42,655 bases of DNA from an uncultured Candidatus Sumerlaeota bacterium (GTDB lineage: Bacteria; Sumerlaeota; Sumerlaeia; SLMS01; JAHLLQ01): positions 1 through 42,655 of the forward strand of contig CAZVAQ010000001.1 of the NCBI GenBank assembly GCA_964625145.1, given 5' to 3'. Shown here piece by piece: positions 18,810 to 27,699 of the stretch (the stretch's first letter is position 1; every line of letters begins with the position of its first letter). The notes under the pieces are model-generated. The model was not told where the DNA came from and made no database searches. It was given only the letters and a program-made list of their open reading frames with translations. Position numbers and translations under genes: made by a program.

Positions 18810-19988
18810 ATGAACGTTTCCATTTTGGGCCCTGATTCGAATGTGTTGGCGGTTGGGTTGATGTCGGGGACGTCGGCGGATGGGATTGATGCGGTATTGG
18901 TGAGGATTGCGGGGGCCGGGAGTGCGACAAGGGTCGAGACGATTGCGTTCGAGTCGTATCCGTTTTCTGATGGATTAAGAGAGCGGATCCTGAAGTGCAT
19001 GGACACGGGCTGGGTCGGGGACATTTGCGAGTTGAATGTGCTGCTCGGAAGGACCTATGGAGATGCGGTGTCGAGGCTGTTGAAGTCGGCCGGGGTCTCC
19101 CCCGCCGATGTGGCGTTTGTGGCAAGTCATGGGCAGACGGTGTATCACATTCCGCGTGGACAACAGCAGGCGTGCAGCTCACTGCAGTTGGGGGATGGCA
19201 GTTCGATCGCAGAGATGACAGGCATCCTGACCGTGACGGATTTTCGCCTGGCGGACATCGCGGCGGGAGGGGAAGGGGCGCCGCTGGTGCCGTTCTTCGA
19301 TCGGTTGGTGTTCATGAAGCCGGGCGTGCGACGGGTTCTGGTGAACATTGGGGGCGTTGGAAATATTTCGTTGGTGGCGGATGGCGAACCGCTGGTGGCG
19401 TTCGACACGGGGCCGGGCAATGCACCACTGGATTTGGTGGCAGCGACAACCGATCCGTCATTGACGCACGATCCTGGCGGATCATTGGCAATGAAGGGTC
19501 GCGTGGATGAGGCGTTGCTGGCGGAGTTGCTGGCACATCCGTATTTCGCGGCGCCTCCGCCAAAGTCCACAGGGCGCGAGTTGTTCGGCCGCGAGTTTGT
19601 GGATGCGCTGCTCAAGCAATGGGAAGGGAGGCGTCTGGAGGATCTGCTGGCGACGCTGACGGCGCTGACCGCGCGTTCGATTGCCAATGGGATTCGCAGC
19701 CATCTGCCGAGAGGGAATGCAATTGATGAGGTCATCGTCTCCGGTGGCGGCATCCACAACCGCACCTTGATGGGAATGTTGCGCGAGGCATTGGCGCCGG
19801 CGCGGGTTGGCACTTCTGATGAACACGGTGTTGCCTCTGACGCGAAGGAGGCCATTGCGTTTGCAGTGTTGGGGAATCAGTTGATGCATGCCTTGGCGGG
19901 CAACTTGCCAGAGGCAACAGGCGCGCGGCATCCGGCGCTGTTGGGGAAGATCAGTTTGCCGTATAGCGGGATGATGTCAGGCGCGTGA
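18810..19988 (+). CDS. anmK: Anhydro-N-acetylmuramic acid kinase
   Basis: Motifs GLMSGTSADGIDAVLV, TVTDFRLADIAAGGEGAPLVPFFD and VSGGGIHN are present. I chose the ATG at 18810 (MNVSILG); the track start at 18795 is a TTG. Confidence 0.85.
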   Translation: MNVSILGPDSNVLAVGLMSGTSADGIDAVLVRIAGAGSATRVETIAFESYPFSDGLRERILKCMDTGWVGDICELNVLLGRTYGDAVSRLLKSAGVSPADVAFVASHGQTVYHIPRGQQQACSSLQLGDGSSIAEMTGILTVTDFRLADIAAGGEGAPLVPFFDRLVFMKPGVRRVLVNIGGVGNISLVADGEPLVAFDTGPGNAPLDLVAATTDPSLTHDPGGSLAMKGRVDEALLAELLAHPYFAAPPPKSTGRELFGREFVDALLKQWEGRRLEDLLATLTALTARSIANGIRSHLPRGNAIDEVIVSGGGIHNRTLMGMLREALAPARVGTSDEHGVASDAKEAIAFAVLGNQLMHALAGNLPEATGARHPALLGKISLPYSGMMSGA

Positions 19989-20191
19989 TTATGTGCAGGC
20001 GAAACGGCTGAACCACGTTCCTTTCACGTCCTTCCTTCGCATTCTTTGATTACATTACTACTTGAGTGAATCTCAGAATAGAGTAGCTGGGGCAACCTGC
20101 ATGTCCGTCAAAGCGGATACATCGTGAGGGTGGGCGCCAAGCGCGCCAGCCTCACGCTCCACCCTCGAGTCAATTGCCTCAAGAAGAGCGT

Positions 20192-20218
20192 CATGGGCAA
20201 GATGCCCGTGCTACTTTT
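20192..20218 (+). terminator. Intrinsic-terminator-like hairpin plus T4 in the anmK/ldcA convergent spacer
   Basis: An 8-bp stem, CATGGGCA (20192-20199) with TGCCCGTG (20203-20210), containing one G-U pair and a 3-nt loop. It is followed by CTACTTTT. It lies ~205 nt past the anmK stop. Confidence 0.45.
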
Positions 20219-20282
20219 AGTGGGTGACTTCCTGCCATCTTGCAATCAGCCCACTTCAGAGTCTATCTCTTGGCTAAATGCA

Positions 20283-21332
20283 TCACTCTTCTGCGACTGG
20301 TGATTCCAGTAGCCGCACTGTGGGGCCGGCGGTGTCCACTTCGGCGAGGATGCCGACGGGGAGGACGGCGTTCTCAATAATGTGGCCAACCGGGAAGTCT
20401 ATGAGCACGGGATACTGGCGCGCGCCAAAGTAGCGATCGAAGACTGCCGCATAGGTTGATTGGCTATCGTCCTGCTTCTCAGCGTCTCGGTCACGGAAAT
20501 CGCCGAGGATGACGGCAGCCGGGTTGTCGAGCTTTCCGCCCAACTCCAGAGTGCAAAGCATGCGATCGACGCGATAAGGCGCTTCGTTCACGTCTTCCAG
20601 GAAGAGAATCCTGCCATCCGTCTCGATTTCGTAGGGCGTACCCATGAGCCCCGCAACAAGGCTGAGATTGCCTCCGATAAGCCGGCCCGAAGCGCGGCCA
20701 TGCACGAGGGCGCGCGTGTCGAGGGAGATGCTTTCCAGGTCGTACTGGATGGGAGTGGGCTCAGGGCTGACTCCTTGTGCGCCGGTGGTGCGAAGCAGGA
20801 TGCGCTCGGCGGTTTGCCCGGCGAACGAGCGGTCAACGCCGTCGCGCTGCAGCATGAAGATGATGTTTGGTCCGTGATAGGTCACGACGCCGGCGCGCTT
20901 GTTGATGGCCAGGTGCAGGGCGGTGATGTCGCTGAATCCCATCATGGGCTTTGGATTGGCGCGGATGGCTTCGTAGTCTAGCCGGTCGAGGATGCGCATG
21001 GCGCCATAGCCGCCAGTGACGGGCAGGATGGCGTCAACCTCCGGGTCGAGCCATGCTTCCATGAATGTGGTGGCGCGGGTCTCGTCGTCACCGGCCAGAT
21101 AACCGGCGCGCTGCGTCACATTGGGCTTTCGGACCACTTGGAATCCCAGTTCCAGCAGGGTGGTCTCTGCGTTGTCGACAAGTTCATTGGATGCCGGCGA
21201 TGCGGGCGCCACCAGGGCGATGGTGTCCCCCAGTTGGATCGCGCGGGGCTTGATGAGTTCGCGTTCGGATTCGGCCCTGACAACAGCCGTACCGAGCAGC
21301 ATGGCGCAGAGAAGGACGAACGTGCCGTTCAA
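20283..21332 (-). CDS. ldcA: LD-carboxypeptidase (peptidase S66, muramoyltetrapeptide carboxypeptidase-like), probably secreted
   Basis: S66 motifs are present (GDTIALVAPASPA, GYLAGDDETRA, GGYGAMRIL, nucleophile block MMGFSDITALH, FLEDVNEAPYRVDRML, PVGH). I propose a TTG start at 21332, which gives signal peptide NGTFVLLCAMLLGTAVVRA and a TTGA overlap with the upstream stop. ATG 21305 is an alternative. The 493-aa track ORF is over-extended. Confidence 0.8.
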   Translation of the reverse strand: MNGTFVLLCAMLLGTAVVRAESERELIKPRAIQLGDTIALVAPASPASNELVDNAETTLLELGFQVVRKPNVTQRAGYLAGDDETRATTFMEAWLDPEVDAILPVTGGYGAMRILDRLDYEAIRANPKPMMGFSDITALHLAINKRAGVVTYHGPNIIFMLQRDGVDRSFAGQTAERILLRTTGAQGVSPEPTPIQYDLESISLDTRALVHGRASGRLIGGNLSLVAGLMGTPYEIETDGRILFLEDVNEAPYRVDRMLCTLELGGKLDNPAAVILGDFRDRDAEKQDDSQSTYAAVFDRYFGARQYPVLIDFPVGHIIENAVLPVGILAEVDTAGPTVRLLESPVAEE

Positions 21333-21640
21333 GGATTGGGTTTTCCCTTCGTGGTGGTGTTGGCTCCGGTCGAGATGTACCACCCGGCGGCAATGCCGAG
21401 GGCGACCGCAAGGACAAGCTGGATGAGGGCGCTCCATACGGAGGCAAAGCCGATTAGCTCGAAGAGCAGATGCTGAATCCCCCAGAGCAGCAGGAGAAGC
21501 GGGCCCACGGCGCCAAGGGCGATGGCTTGGCGCGGAGCGGGCAGGCGGCCCCTGAGCACCCACGCAAGGGCGGGCGTCGCGATGGCAAACACCACGAGGG
21601 CGACGGTCACGTTGAGCGGGTCGAGAAGCAGGCGAATCAT
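21329..21640 (-). CDS. Small (103 aa) three-TM membrane protein, unknown function
   Basis: ATG at 21640. Three hydrophobic helices are visible (VTVALVVFAIATPALAWVL, LGAVGPLLLLLWGIQHLLF, IQLVLAVALGIAAGWYI). It appears translationally coupled to ldcA. Confidence 0.55.
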   Translation of the reverse strand: MIRLLLDPLNVTVALVVFAIATPALAWVLRGRLPAPRQAIALGAVGPLLLLLWGIQHLLFELIGFASVWSALIQLVLAVALGIAAGWYISTGANTTTKGKPNP

Positions 21641-21762
21641 GTCCCGAGTAGCCCCAGAGTCCGGGGTTCAGGCAAGGGTCTTTGTGAAGCGGCTCAGGAT
21701 TCCCTTTGCAGTACCAAAGCCGGAGCCGCCAAAAGGGCGATGCCCTTCGACGGAGAGTCTGC

Positions 21763-22470
21763 ATGCGAATCGTTCAGCCCCCAGCCCCTACTGCCCCGTG
21801 CGAGAAATGCCGCGGTCTTGGCCTGATCATGGCCGAAGACGGATCGGTGTCCCGGTGCGATTGCGGGCAATGGGAGGAGCTGCAGCGACAGGAACGGTAC
21901 CGCGAGGCGCGGATCCCGCAGAAATTCCGCAACAAGTCGCTGCGCACCTTTGAGGTGAAGGGGCCCGACAATCGCCGGCGCGACGCCCGGGAGTTTGCCC
22001 AGAGCTATGCGATGGCTTTTCAGCCGGGCATGGAGAAGGGGCTTCTGCTGCGGGGGAACACCGGCACCGGGAAGACCCACCTGGCGGTCGGGATCCTGAT
22101 GGAGGTGCTCGACCGGGGATTCCATGGGATCTACTGCAATGTGACGGACCTGCTGGATCGGCTGCGGGGATCGTACCGGCAGGGGGCGGACGAGGAGGAG
22201 GCGGAGATCCTGGCAGACATGGAAGGAGCGGAGTTGCTCGTGCTCGACGATCTGGGGGCGGAGAAGGCAACCGATTGGGTGCGCGACCGTTTGTACCTGA
22301 TCGTCAATCGGCGGTACGAGAACTCGAAGCCGCTGATTGTGACGACTAATTGCGACGATGTCGAGTTGAGGGATCGCGTGGGGCCCCGAATCGTCTCGCG
22401 GTTGTATGAGATGTGCGCACCGGTGGACAAGTTCCCCGAGGAGGACTATCGCTACGCCCGCCTGAGATGA
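21763..22470 (+). CDS. DnaC/DnaI/IstB-like AAA+ ATPase with N-terminal Cys4 zinc ribbon (putative helicase loader)
   Basis: I chose the ATG at 21763. The Zn-ribbon pattern is CEKCRGLG..(13)..CDCG. Walker A is LLLRGNTGTGKTHLAVGI, Walker B is LLVLDDLGAE, sensor I is LIVTTN, and a C-terminal Arg is in GPRIVSRL. There is no adjacent transposase. Confidence 0.75.
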   Translation: MRIVQPPAPTAPCEKCRGLGLIMAEDGSVSRCDCGQWEELQRQERYREARIPQKFRNKSLRTFEVKGPDNRRRDAREFAQSYAMAFQPGMEKGLLLRGNTGTGKTHLAVGILMEVLDRGFHGIYCNVTDLLDRLRGSYRQGADEEEAEILADMEGAELLVLDDLGAEKATDWVRDRLYLIVNRRYENSKPLIVTTNCDDVELRDRVGPRIVSRLYEMCAPVDKFPEEDYRYARLR

Positions 22471-22475
22471 TTGTT

Positions 22476-22501
22476 CTGCAAGTGTGTGGTTTCACTTGCA
22501 G
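22476..22501 (+). promoter_or_regulatory. 9-bp perfect inverted repeat CTGCAAGTG-N8-CACTTGCAG upstream of rex (terminator or operator)
   Basis: Read directly from the sequence, 6 nt after the stop of the DnaC-like gene and 66 nt before the rex ATG. The centre contains GTG..TTCAC, reminiscent of Rex half-sites. Confidence 0.4.
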
Positions 22502-22566
22502 CGGCTGTCAGGGTGGGTTGATTCAGGATCGAGCGCCGCGAAAGCCAAGGGAAGCCAATTTACCAC

Positions 22567-23238
22567 ATGTCAGACGTCACACGAAGCCCTTCATCAACCA
22601 ACGGATCAACAAACGGCACGGACTCGCGCCGCATTCCGAAGGCAGTCGTGAAGCGGTTGTCGCTTTACTCGCGCGTGTTGCAGAACCTGGAGCGCGACAA
22701 GGTTGACAAGGTCAGTTCCAACGAGTTGGCAGAGTTGCTGGGCTTGAACTCGGCACAAGTGCGAAAGGATCTGGCGACGTTCGGGCAGTTCGGCATTCCG
22801 GGCTATGGCTATCAGGTGTCGGATCTTCGGCGTCGCATCAAGTCAATCCTGGGGACTGACCGCGAGATCGCCGTGGCCCTGATCGGCGTGGGTCACCTGG
22901 GCACGGCGCTGCTATCCTATGGCGGCTTCCAGCGCCAAGGGTTCCGCGTGATGTGTGCGTTTGACATCGCCATCAACGAAGCCGAGCACAAGCGGCTGCC
23001 GGTGAAGGTACACTTGATCGACGAGTTGGAGGATCGCCTGCTGGAGTACGGGGTAGAGTTGGCGATCCTGACCGTGCCGCAGGATGCGGCTCAAACCGTC
23101 ACCGACCGGTTGGTGGAAGCGGGTATCACGGCGATCCTGAACTTTGTCCCGACGCGCCTGCGCACGCCGGATCATGTGCATGTGCACTATGTGGATCTTG
23201 CCATCGAGATGGAGACGCTCAGCTTTCACCTGAAGTAA
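22567..23238 (+). CDS. rex: Redox-sensing transcriptional repressor Rex
   Basis: 223 aa with the winged-helix N-terminus IPKAVVKRLSLYSRVLQNL..VSSNELAELLGLNSAQVRKDLATFGQFGIPGYGY and the Rossmann motif VALIGVGHLGTALLSY. Confidence 0.9.
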   Translation: MSDVTRSPSSTNGSTNGTDSRRIPKAVVKRLSLYSRVLQNLERDKVDKVSSNELAELLGLNSAQVRKDLATFGQFGIPGYGYQVSDLRRRIKSILGTDREIAVALIGVGHLGTALLSYGGFQRQGFRVMCAFDIAINEAEHKRLPVKVHLIDELEDRLLEYGVELAILTVPQDAAQTVTDRLVEAGITAILNFVPTRLRTPDHVHVHYVDLAIEMETLSFHLK

Positions 23239-24520
23239 TGGTTTCGGGATCGGGCGACGATTGCAGTTCAGGATCCGGTGTCCCCACTTCGCGAGCGCTG
23301 AGAGTCTCCGGACTGACCACCTTCCAACCACCTGCGGGGGGAATGGCTGGTGGAGCCGAGCCGATGCGTTTCATGTATTGCTGATAACGGCGGGTCTGGG
23401 CGCGCTTTTCCAGCGGTAGATCCGCCAGTTCCTCTTCGCGCATGCGGTAGTAGAGCTCCCAGTACGGGACGGCTCTCTGCATGTCGCGAGGGTATTGGGC
23501 GGGCTGGGTCGTCTCCCCCGCACCCCACCATTGATACATGAGCCACGAGCGGATGAACATGGCCTCGTACTGGCGGGAGATAACGCGCTTCAGCCACAAC
23601 ACCACCAGGGCTCCGCCCACTGCGGCGAGCATCCAGATGGTGTAGCCGAAGTGGAATGATACGTCCAAGCCGCCGAAACCAAGAGTCATCATGCCAAAGA
23701 AGGCGAGGAGGCTGATACCGGCGAAGACGATGCCGGTGACCGCTGACCCCAGTCCGGACAAGCCAATCACCAGGGAGGTCATGGTGACAAAGTTGACCAT
23801 GGCGGCACGGAGCAACGGCACACGAGGCAGTGCGTGTGCCGCGAACATCCAATGCGCCAGGCGGATGGATTCGAAATGGAACCATGCCATCACCCATGGC
23901 GAGATGATGATGGTAAGGAGCGTCAGCCAACCAGCGGGATGTCCAATCACCATCAGGGGGTCCAAATTGGCCGTCCGGAATGCATTGCTCAATTCCACGA
24001 GGTGGGGAATGCAGATCACGGTCTCGATGGCAGCAAAAACAATGAGCAATCGTAGCCATGTACGAATTGTACCAGATGCAAAGATTCCGCCAAGTACTGA
24101 CGGTTCGAGGGGGACGAGGCTGAGCTCCTCGACCTGGGCGGGATTCATGCGCCACCGGCGGGCCATGTTAAGGCCGGAAAGCAGCCCGAACACGAAGATC
24201 AAGTAATCGAAGACAAAGACACGGATCACGGCGCCAAACAGGTAGACCCCGCCCACCACCACAGACGTCCACAGGCTGAACAGGGCATAGAGTACCAGGA
24301 TGCCCAGAAATCCAAGGCCCGGAATGATCCAGTTGAAGACGGATCGTCCCTCCACGGCGAGGAAGCACTTGAGTGCATCGCGGCCGGTGCCGAAGCCCCT
24401 CCGGACGCCGACCAGCCAATCCTCGAACTGGCGGACGGAGGACCAGATTGTGGCGTGGATGTCTTGAGGTTGTCCTTCGCTCATGTTGGATTCCCGGATC
24501 CACGGATTGGAGATGCTCAC
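23219..24520 (-). CDS. Polytopic membrane protein (about 9-10 TM) with charged C-terminal tail, unknown function
   Basis: 433 aa with many hydrophobic helices and no motif I recognise. The GTG at 24520 overlaps the priA stop (GTGA); ATG 24484 is an alternative start. The 3' end overlaps the rex 3' end by 20 nt on the opposite strand. Confidence 0.6.
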   Translation of the reverse strand: MSISNPWIRESNMSEGQPQDIHATIWSSVRQFEDWLVGVRRGFGTGRDALKCFLAVEGRSVFNWIIPGLGFLGILVLYALFSLWTSVVVGGVYLFGAVIRVFVFDYLIFVFGLLSGLNMARRWRMNPAQVEELSLVPLEPSVLGGIFASGTIRTWLRLLIVFAAIETVICIPHLVELSNAFRTANLDPLMVIGHPAGWLTLLTIIISPWVMAWFHFESIRLAHWMFAAHALPRVPLLRAAMVNFVTMTSLVIGLSGLGSAVTGIVFAGISLLAFFGMMTLGFGGLDVSFHFGYTIWMLAAVGGALVVLWLKRVISRQYEAMFIRSWLMYQWWGAGETTQPAQYPRDMQRAVPYWELYYRMREEELADLPLEKRAQTRRYQQYMKRIGSAPPAIPPAGGWKVVSPETLSAREVGTPDPELQSSPDPETITSGES

Positions 24521-26814
24521 ATAAGGTCAACCGGGTCGACGTCGACGGCAACACGAGTCGTTCGATGTGGGTCAAACTCGGGGTCGGTCAGGGCCGACCG
24601 GAGGAGGGCGCGGGCGATGTGCCCACGCTGGGAGCGTAGCAGGATGCGGTATCGAAATCGCCCTGCCAACCGCGAGATGGGGGCGATGGTGGGACCGGAG
24701 AGCTTGACGCCATAGAAACCGGGGGATTTGCCCTTCCGCCAAAGGAGGTTGCCAAGCATGCGGCCGGCCTTCCAGGCGCGGTCGCGATCTTCGTGGCTGA
24801 TGGTGACCGCGATGAGCCGCGACCATGGTGGGAATCCCAACTGCCTGCGGCGGCGGAGTTCCTCGGTGTAGAAGGCGCGATAGTCATGGGTGGTGGCGTG
24901 CTTGATCGCCGAGTGCCGCGGCATGAAGGTCTGGAAGATGACCTCGCCGTCGGCCTCGCGGCCGGAACGTCCAGCGACTTGTGTGAGCAGGGTGAATGTT
25001 CTCTCCTCCGCTCGAAAGTCGGGAAGGAACAGCCCCTGGTCGCACAGGACGACGCCGACGAGTGTCACGCGTTCGAGGTGCAATCCCTTCGCGATCATCT
25101 GCGTGCCGAGAATGATGTCGGCCTCGCCGGCGCTGATGCTGCGCCATGCTCCTTCAAAGGCGCCCTTGCGGCCCATCGTGTCCATGTCGAAGCGGATGAC
25201 GCGGGCGGTGGGGAACGCGGCGACGAGTTCCTCCTCGGCACGTTGTGTGCCGGTGCCGACGGTGATCATGCCCTCCGCGCCACAACCGGGACAGGTGACG
25301 GGAAGCGTCTCCTTGCGCCCGCAGAAATGGCAACGCAGTTCGAAGTCGCTGCGGACATGAGCCTTCTCCGCCTGCTCAAACAGATCCAACTCCCCCGCCT
25401 CCTGCTCCTTGCGCGGCGGCCCGCGGCGATGAATGGTCATGGCCACGTCGTCATCGGGACACTTGGCCACCCACTTGCACTTGGGACAGAAGAGAAAGTT
25501 GGAGAAGCCGCGGCGATTGAGGAGCAGCAGTGATTGCTCGCCGCGTTGCAGGCGCAGGTTGATGGCTTCGCGCAGGGGCTGGGAGAGCTTCATGTAGCTC
25601 CCCTGTTGCTCGATCTCGGCGCCGAGATCGACTACGGACACGGGAGGGAGGGCGCGTTCGCGCGGGCGCTCCTTCAGTTCCATCAAGCGGTACTTGCCCG
25701 TCTCGGCATTGCGAAATGATTCCATGGAAGGGGTCGCGCTGCCGAGGACGACGGGAATTCCCAGCCGTTGTGCCCGGATGATGGCAACGTCGCGCGCGTG
25801 ATAGCGTGGAGTCTCGGCCTGCTTGTAGCTCCCTTCGTGTTCCTCGTCGACGACGATGAGACCAAGGTTTGGCAACGCCACGAAGACGGCGGAACGCGGG
25901 CCGATCACGAGCCGGATCTCGCCCTTGTTGATGCGGTTCCATAGGTGCAGCTTCTCGCGCCGCGTGACCTGGCTATGAAAGACACCCACCATTCCGCCGA
26001 AGCGACGCTCGAATCGCTCGACGGCTTGCGGCGTGAGGGAAATTTCCGGCACGAGGCAAAGCGCCGTGCGTCCAATGGCGAGGACCTCCGCCATGGCACG
26101 CAGATAGACCTCTGTCTTGCCGCTTCCGGTGATGCCGAACAGCAGGAAGACCTCGAAGCGGGGATGGTGCGCGGCGTCGAGGATGTCGCGTAGCGCGGGA
26201 GCCTGTTCCTTCGTGAGTTCCGGCGGTGGCTCTGGCGTGAAGGCGGTTTGCTTCGGCCTGCCGCCGTCATCGGGGATGAGGACCTCCAGTGCGGCGAGAC
26301 GGTCGATGACACTGGAGGAGACACGTACAAGCCGCGCAAGAGCCGCACGCGTGCCGGCGGGAAAGTCGAGCTTCTCCATATCCGCGCACGCCGCCAGTTG
26401 CTTTGGCGTCATGGAATCGCCGTGCGTAGTCATCCAATCGCGGCGCAGGCGAACGTGCCCCTCGGATGGGTCGCGGGTGTCGCTGAATCCAACCAGCGAC
26501 ATCGCCCCGAGCGCCTCGCCGCGCGTGCACATGTAGTATTCCGAGACGAACTCTGAGAGCGAAAGAATCTCTGGCGAGATAGCGTAGGTACTGGAAACGC
26601 GGCGAGTGAGTGGCTTTGTGCCTTCAGGAAGTTCGGGCGCTTCACGCAGGCCGACCACGCAGCCAATCTGGACTTGGCGACCGAAAGGGCATTCGACCAG
26701 GCAGCCGATCTCCAGTGCGGGCGAGAGATCACTTGGCACTTGATAGGTGAAGGCCTCTGGCAATGGAAGGGCAAAGACGACGTCGGCGAGCATGTAAGGT
26801 GCGGAGTCGGTCAC
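24517..26814 (-). CDS. priA: Primosomal protein N' (replication restart helicase PriA)
   Basis: 765 aa with Walker A LLFGITGSGKTEVYL, DEEH box VVDEEHEGSYKQ, and a Cys-rich zinc insertion (CPKCKW...CHFCG...CPGCG). The GTG start overlaps the dprA stop. Confidence 0.92.
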   Translation of the reverse strand: MTDSAPYMLADVVFALPLPEAFTYQVPSDLSPALEIGCLVECPFGRQVQIGCVVGLREAPELPEGTKPLTRRVSSTYAISPEILSLSEFVSEYYMCTRGEALGAMSLVGFSDTRDPSEGHVRLRRDWMTTHGDSMTPKQLAACADMEKLDFPAGTRAALARLVRVSSSVIDRLAALEVLIPDDGGRPKQTAFTPEPPPELTKEQAPALRDILDAAHHPRFEVFLLFGITGSGKTEVYLRAMAEVLAIGRTALCLVPEISLTPQAVERFERRFGGMVGVFHSQVTRREKLHLWNRINKGEIRLVIGPRSAVFVALPNLGLIVVDEEHEGSYKQAETPRYHARDVAIIRAQRLGIPVVLGSATPSMESFRNAETGKYRLMELKERPRERALPPVSVVDLGAEIEQQGSYMKLSQPLREAINLRLQRGEQSLLLLNRRGFSNFLFCPKCKWVAKCPDDDVAMTIHRRGPPRKEQEAGELDLFEQAEKAHVRSDFELRCHFCGRKETLPVTCPGCGAEGMITVGTGTQRAEEELVAAFPTARVIRFDMDTMGRKGAFEGAWRSISAGEADIILGTQMIAKGLHLERVTLVGVVLCDQGLFLPDFRAEERTFTLLTQVAGRSGREADGEVIFQTFMPRHSAIKHATTHDYRAFYTEELRRRRQLGFPPWSRLIAVTISHEDRDRAWKAGRMLGNLLWRKGKSPGFYGVKLSGPTIAPISRLAGRFRYRILLRSQRGHIARALLRSALTDPEFDPHRTTRVAVDVDPVDLM

Positions 26815-27620
26815 GAGGAATCTGGCTCCGTGCCGTAAGTGGCTGTAGGCTCGCAGAAGCGCATTTGGCCGCTGGAATCCGCCTCGTCGCGGCGGGCGCC
26901 CTGGATTGTCGCGCGGACGATCTCAGCGTGTAGCGACGGGGAGAGGGCTTGCTCTGCGGAGAATAGACGGGCGCCACCACTGGCCAAGGTTTTGAGTGCC
27001 ATCTGCAGCCTTGCGTCCCGCGATTGAGTGTCGAGGACGTAGACGGGGCGGCTGAGGCGCTTTAGCTCCGAAAGTGTGTGGTTGGTGCCGCCGGAGATGC
27101 CAGTGGAACCGACGACACCGACATGGGCCAAGGCGGCGACAAGGCGGTTGCGAATGATCGGGTGGTTCTTGCGCGGGCGCTCATTGCGCTGAAATGGCGA
27201 GAGGAACAGGACCCGTTCCATGTCCCAGTCGATGTTCCACTCCCGACGCCAGATGGCCAGATCGATGTCCTCCAACCGGCACGGGAGAACGACAATGGTG
27301 CTGCCGCCCGCGGCCAGCGCCGCACGATGGGCGACACAATCGCTGCCAACGGCGCCGCCGCTGACGACCACGATGCCCTGGGCCGCGATACCCATGGCGA
27401 TGGCTTCCAGAGAGGCCAGGCCCCAGCCGGTGGCCACACGGCTGCCGACGAGGGCCGCTCTGGGCGAAAGTAGCAAACGAGGGTTGCCAACACCACGGAT
27501 GGGGCCGTTGAGGCCCGAGAGTTCCTGGGCCCACAGGAGCGGCTCCATGGCGGCTCCGAAGTCCGTGGCATCGTGGAAGGTGGGCTGCACGTCGGTCGCT
27601 CGCTTTGCCGGGGTGGACAA
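26811..27620 (-). CDS. dprA: DNA-processing protein DprA/Smf-like (Rossmann-fold domain only)
   Basis: The sequence LVGSRVATGWGLASLEAIAMGIAAQGIVVVSGGAVGSDCVAHRAALAAGGSTIVVLPC...HPIIRNRLVAALAHVGVVG..SGGTNHTLSELKRLSRPVYVL follows the DprA core pattern. The start is uncertain (TTG 27620 or ATG 27548). Confidence 0.7.
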   Translation of the reverse strand: MSTPAKRATDVQPTFHDATDFGAAMEPLLWAQELSGLNGPIRGVGNPRLLLSPRAALVGSRVATGWGLASLEAIAMGIAAQGIVVVSGGAVGSDCVAHRAALAAGGSTIVVLPCRLEDIDLAIWRREWNIDWDMERVLFLSPFQRNERPRKNHPIIRNRLVAALAHVGVVGSTGISGGTNHTLSELKRLSRPVYVLDTQSRDARLQMALKTLASGGARLFSAEQALSPSLHAEIVRATIQGARRDEADSSGQMRFCEPTATYGTEPDSS

Positions 27621-27625
27621 ATGAA

Positions 27626-27658
27626 GTGCCCCCCGCTGATTGGATCAGAGGGGGGCAC
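27626..27658 (-). terminator. Strong hairpin after the giant gene
   Basis: GTGCCCCCC-G-CTGAT-TGG-ATCAG-A-GGGGGGCAC forms 9+5 bp of stem. It lies 42 nt downstream of the stop at 27700 on the minus strand. Confidence 0.7.
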
Positions 27659-27699
27659 GATGGCGATTGTTTTCTCCGGGACCAGACATCCCGCAGTGG

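Noticed and set aside
21763-22470. IstB-like ATPase as evidence of an IS21-family mobile element.
   Set aside because: There is no IstA transposase ORF on either side, I see no terminal inverted repeats, and the flanking genes are intact housekeeping genes. It is treated as a chromosomal helicase-loader-like gene instead.
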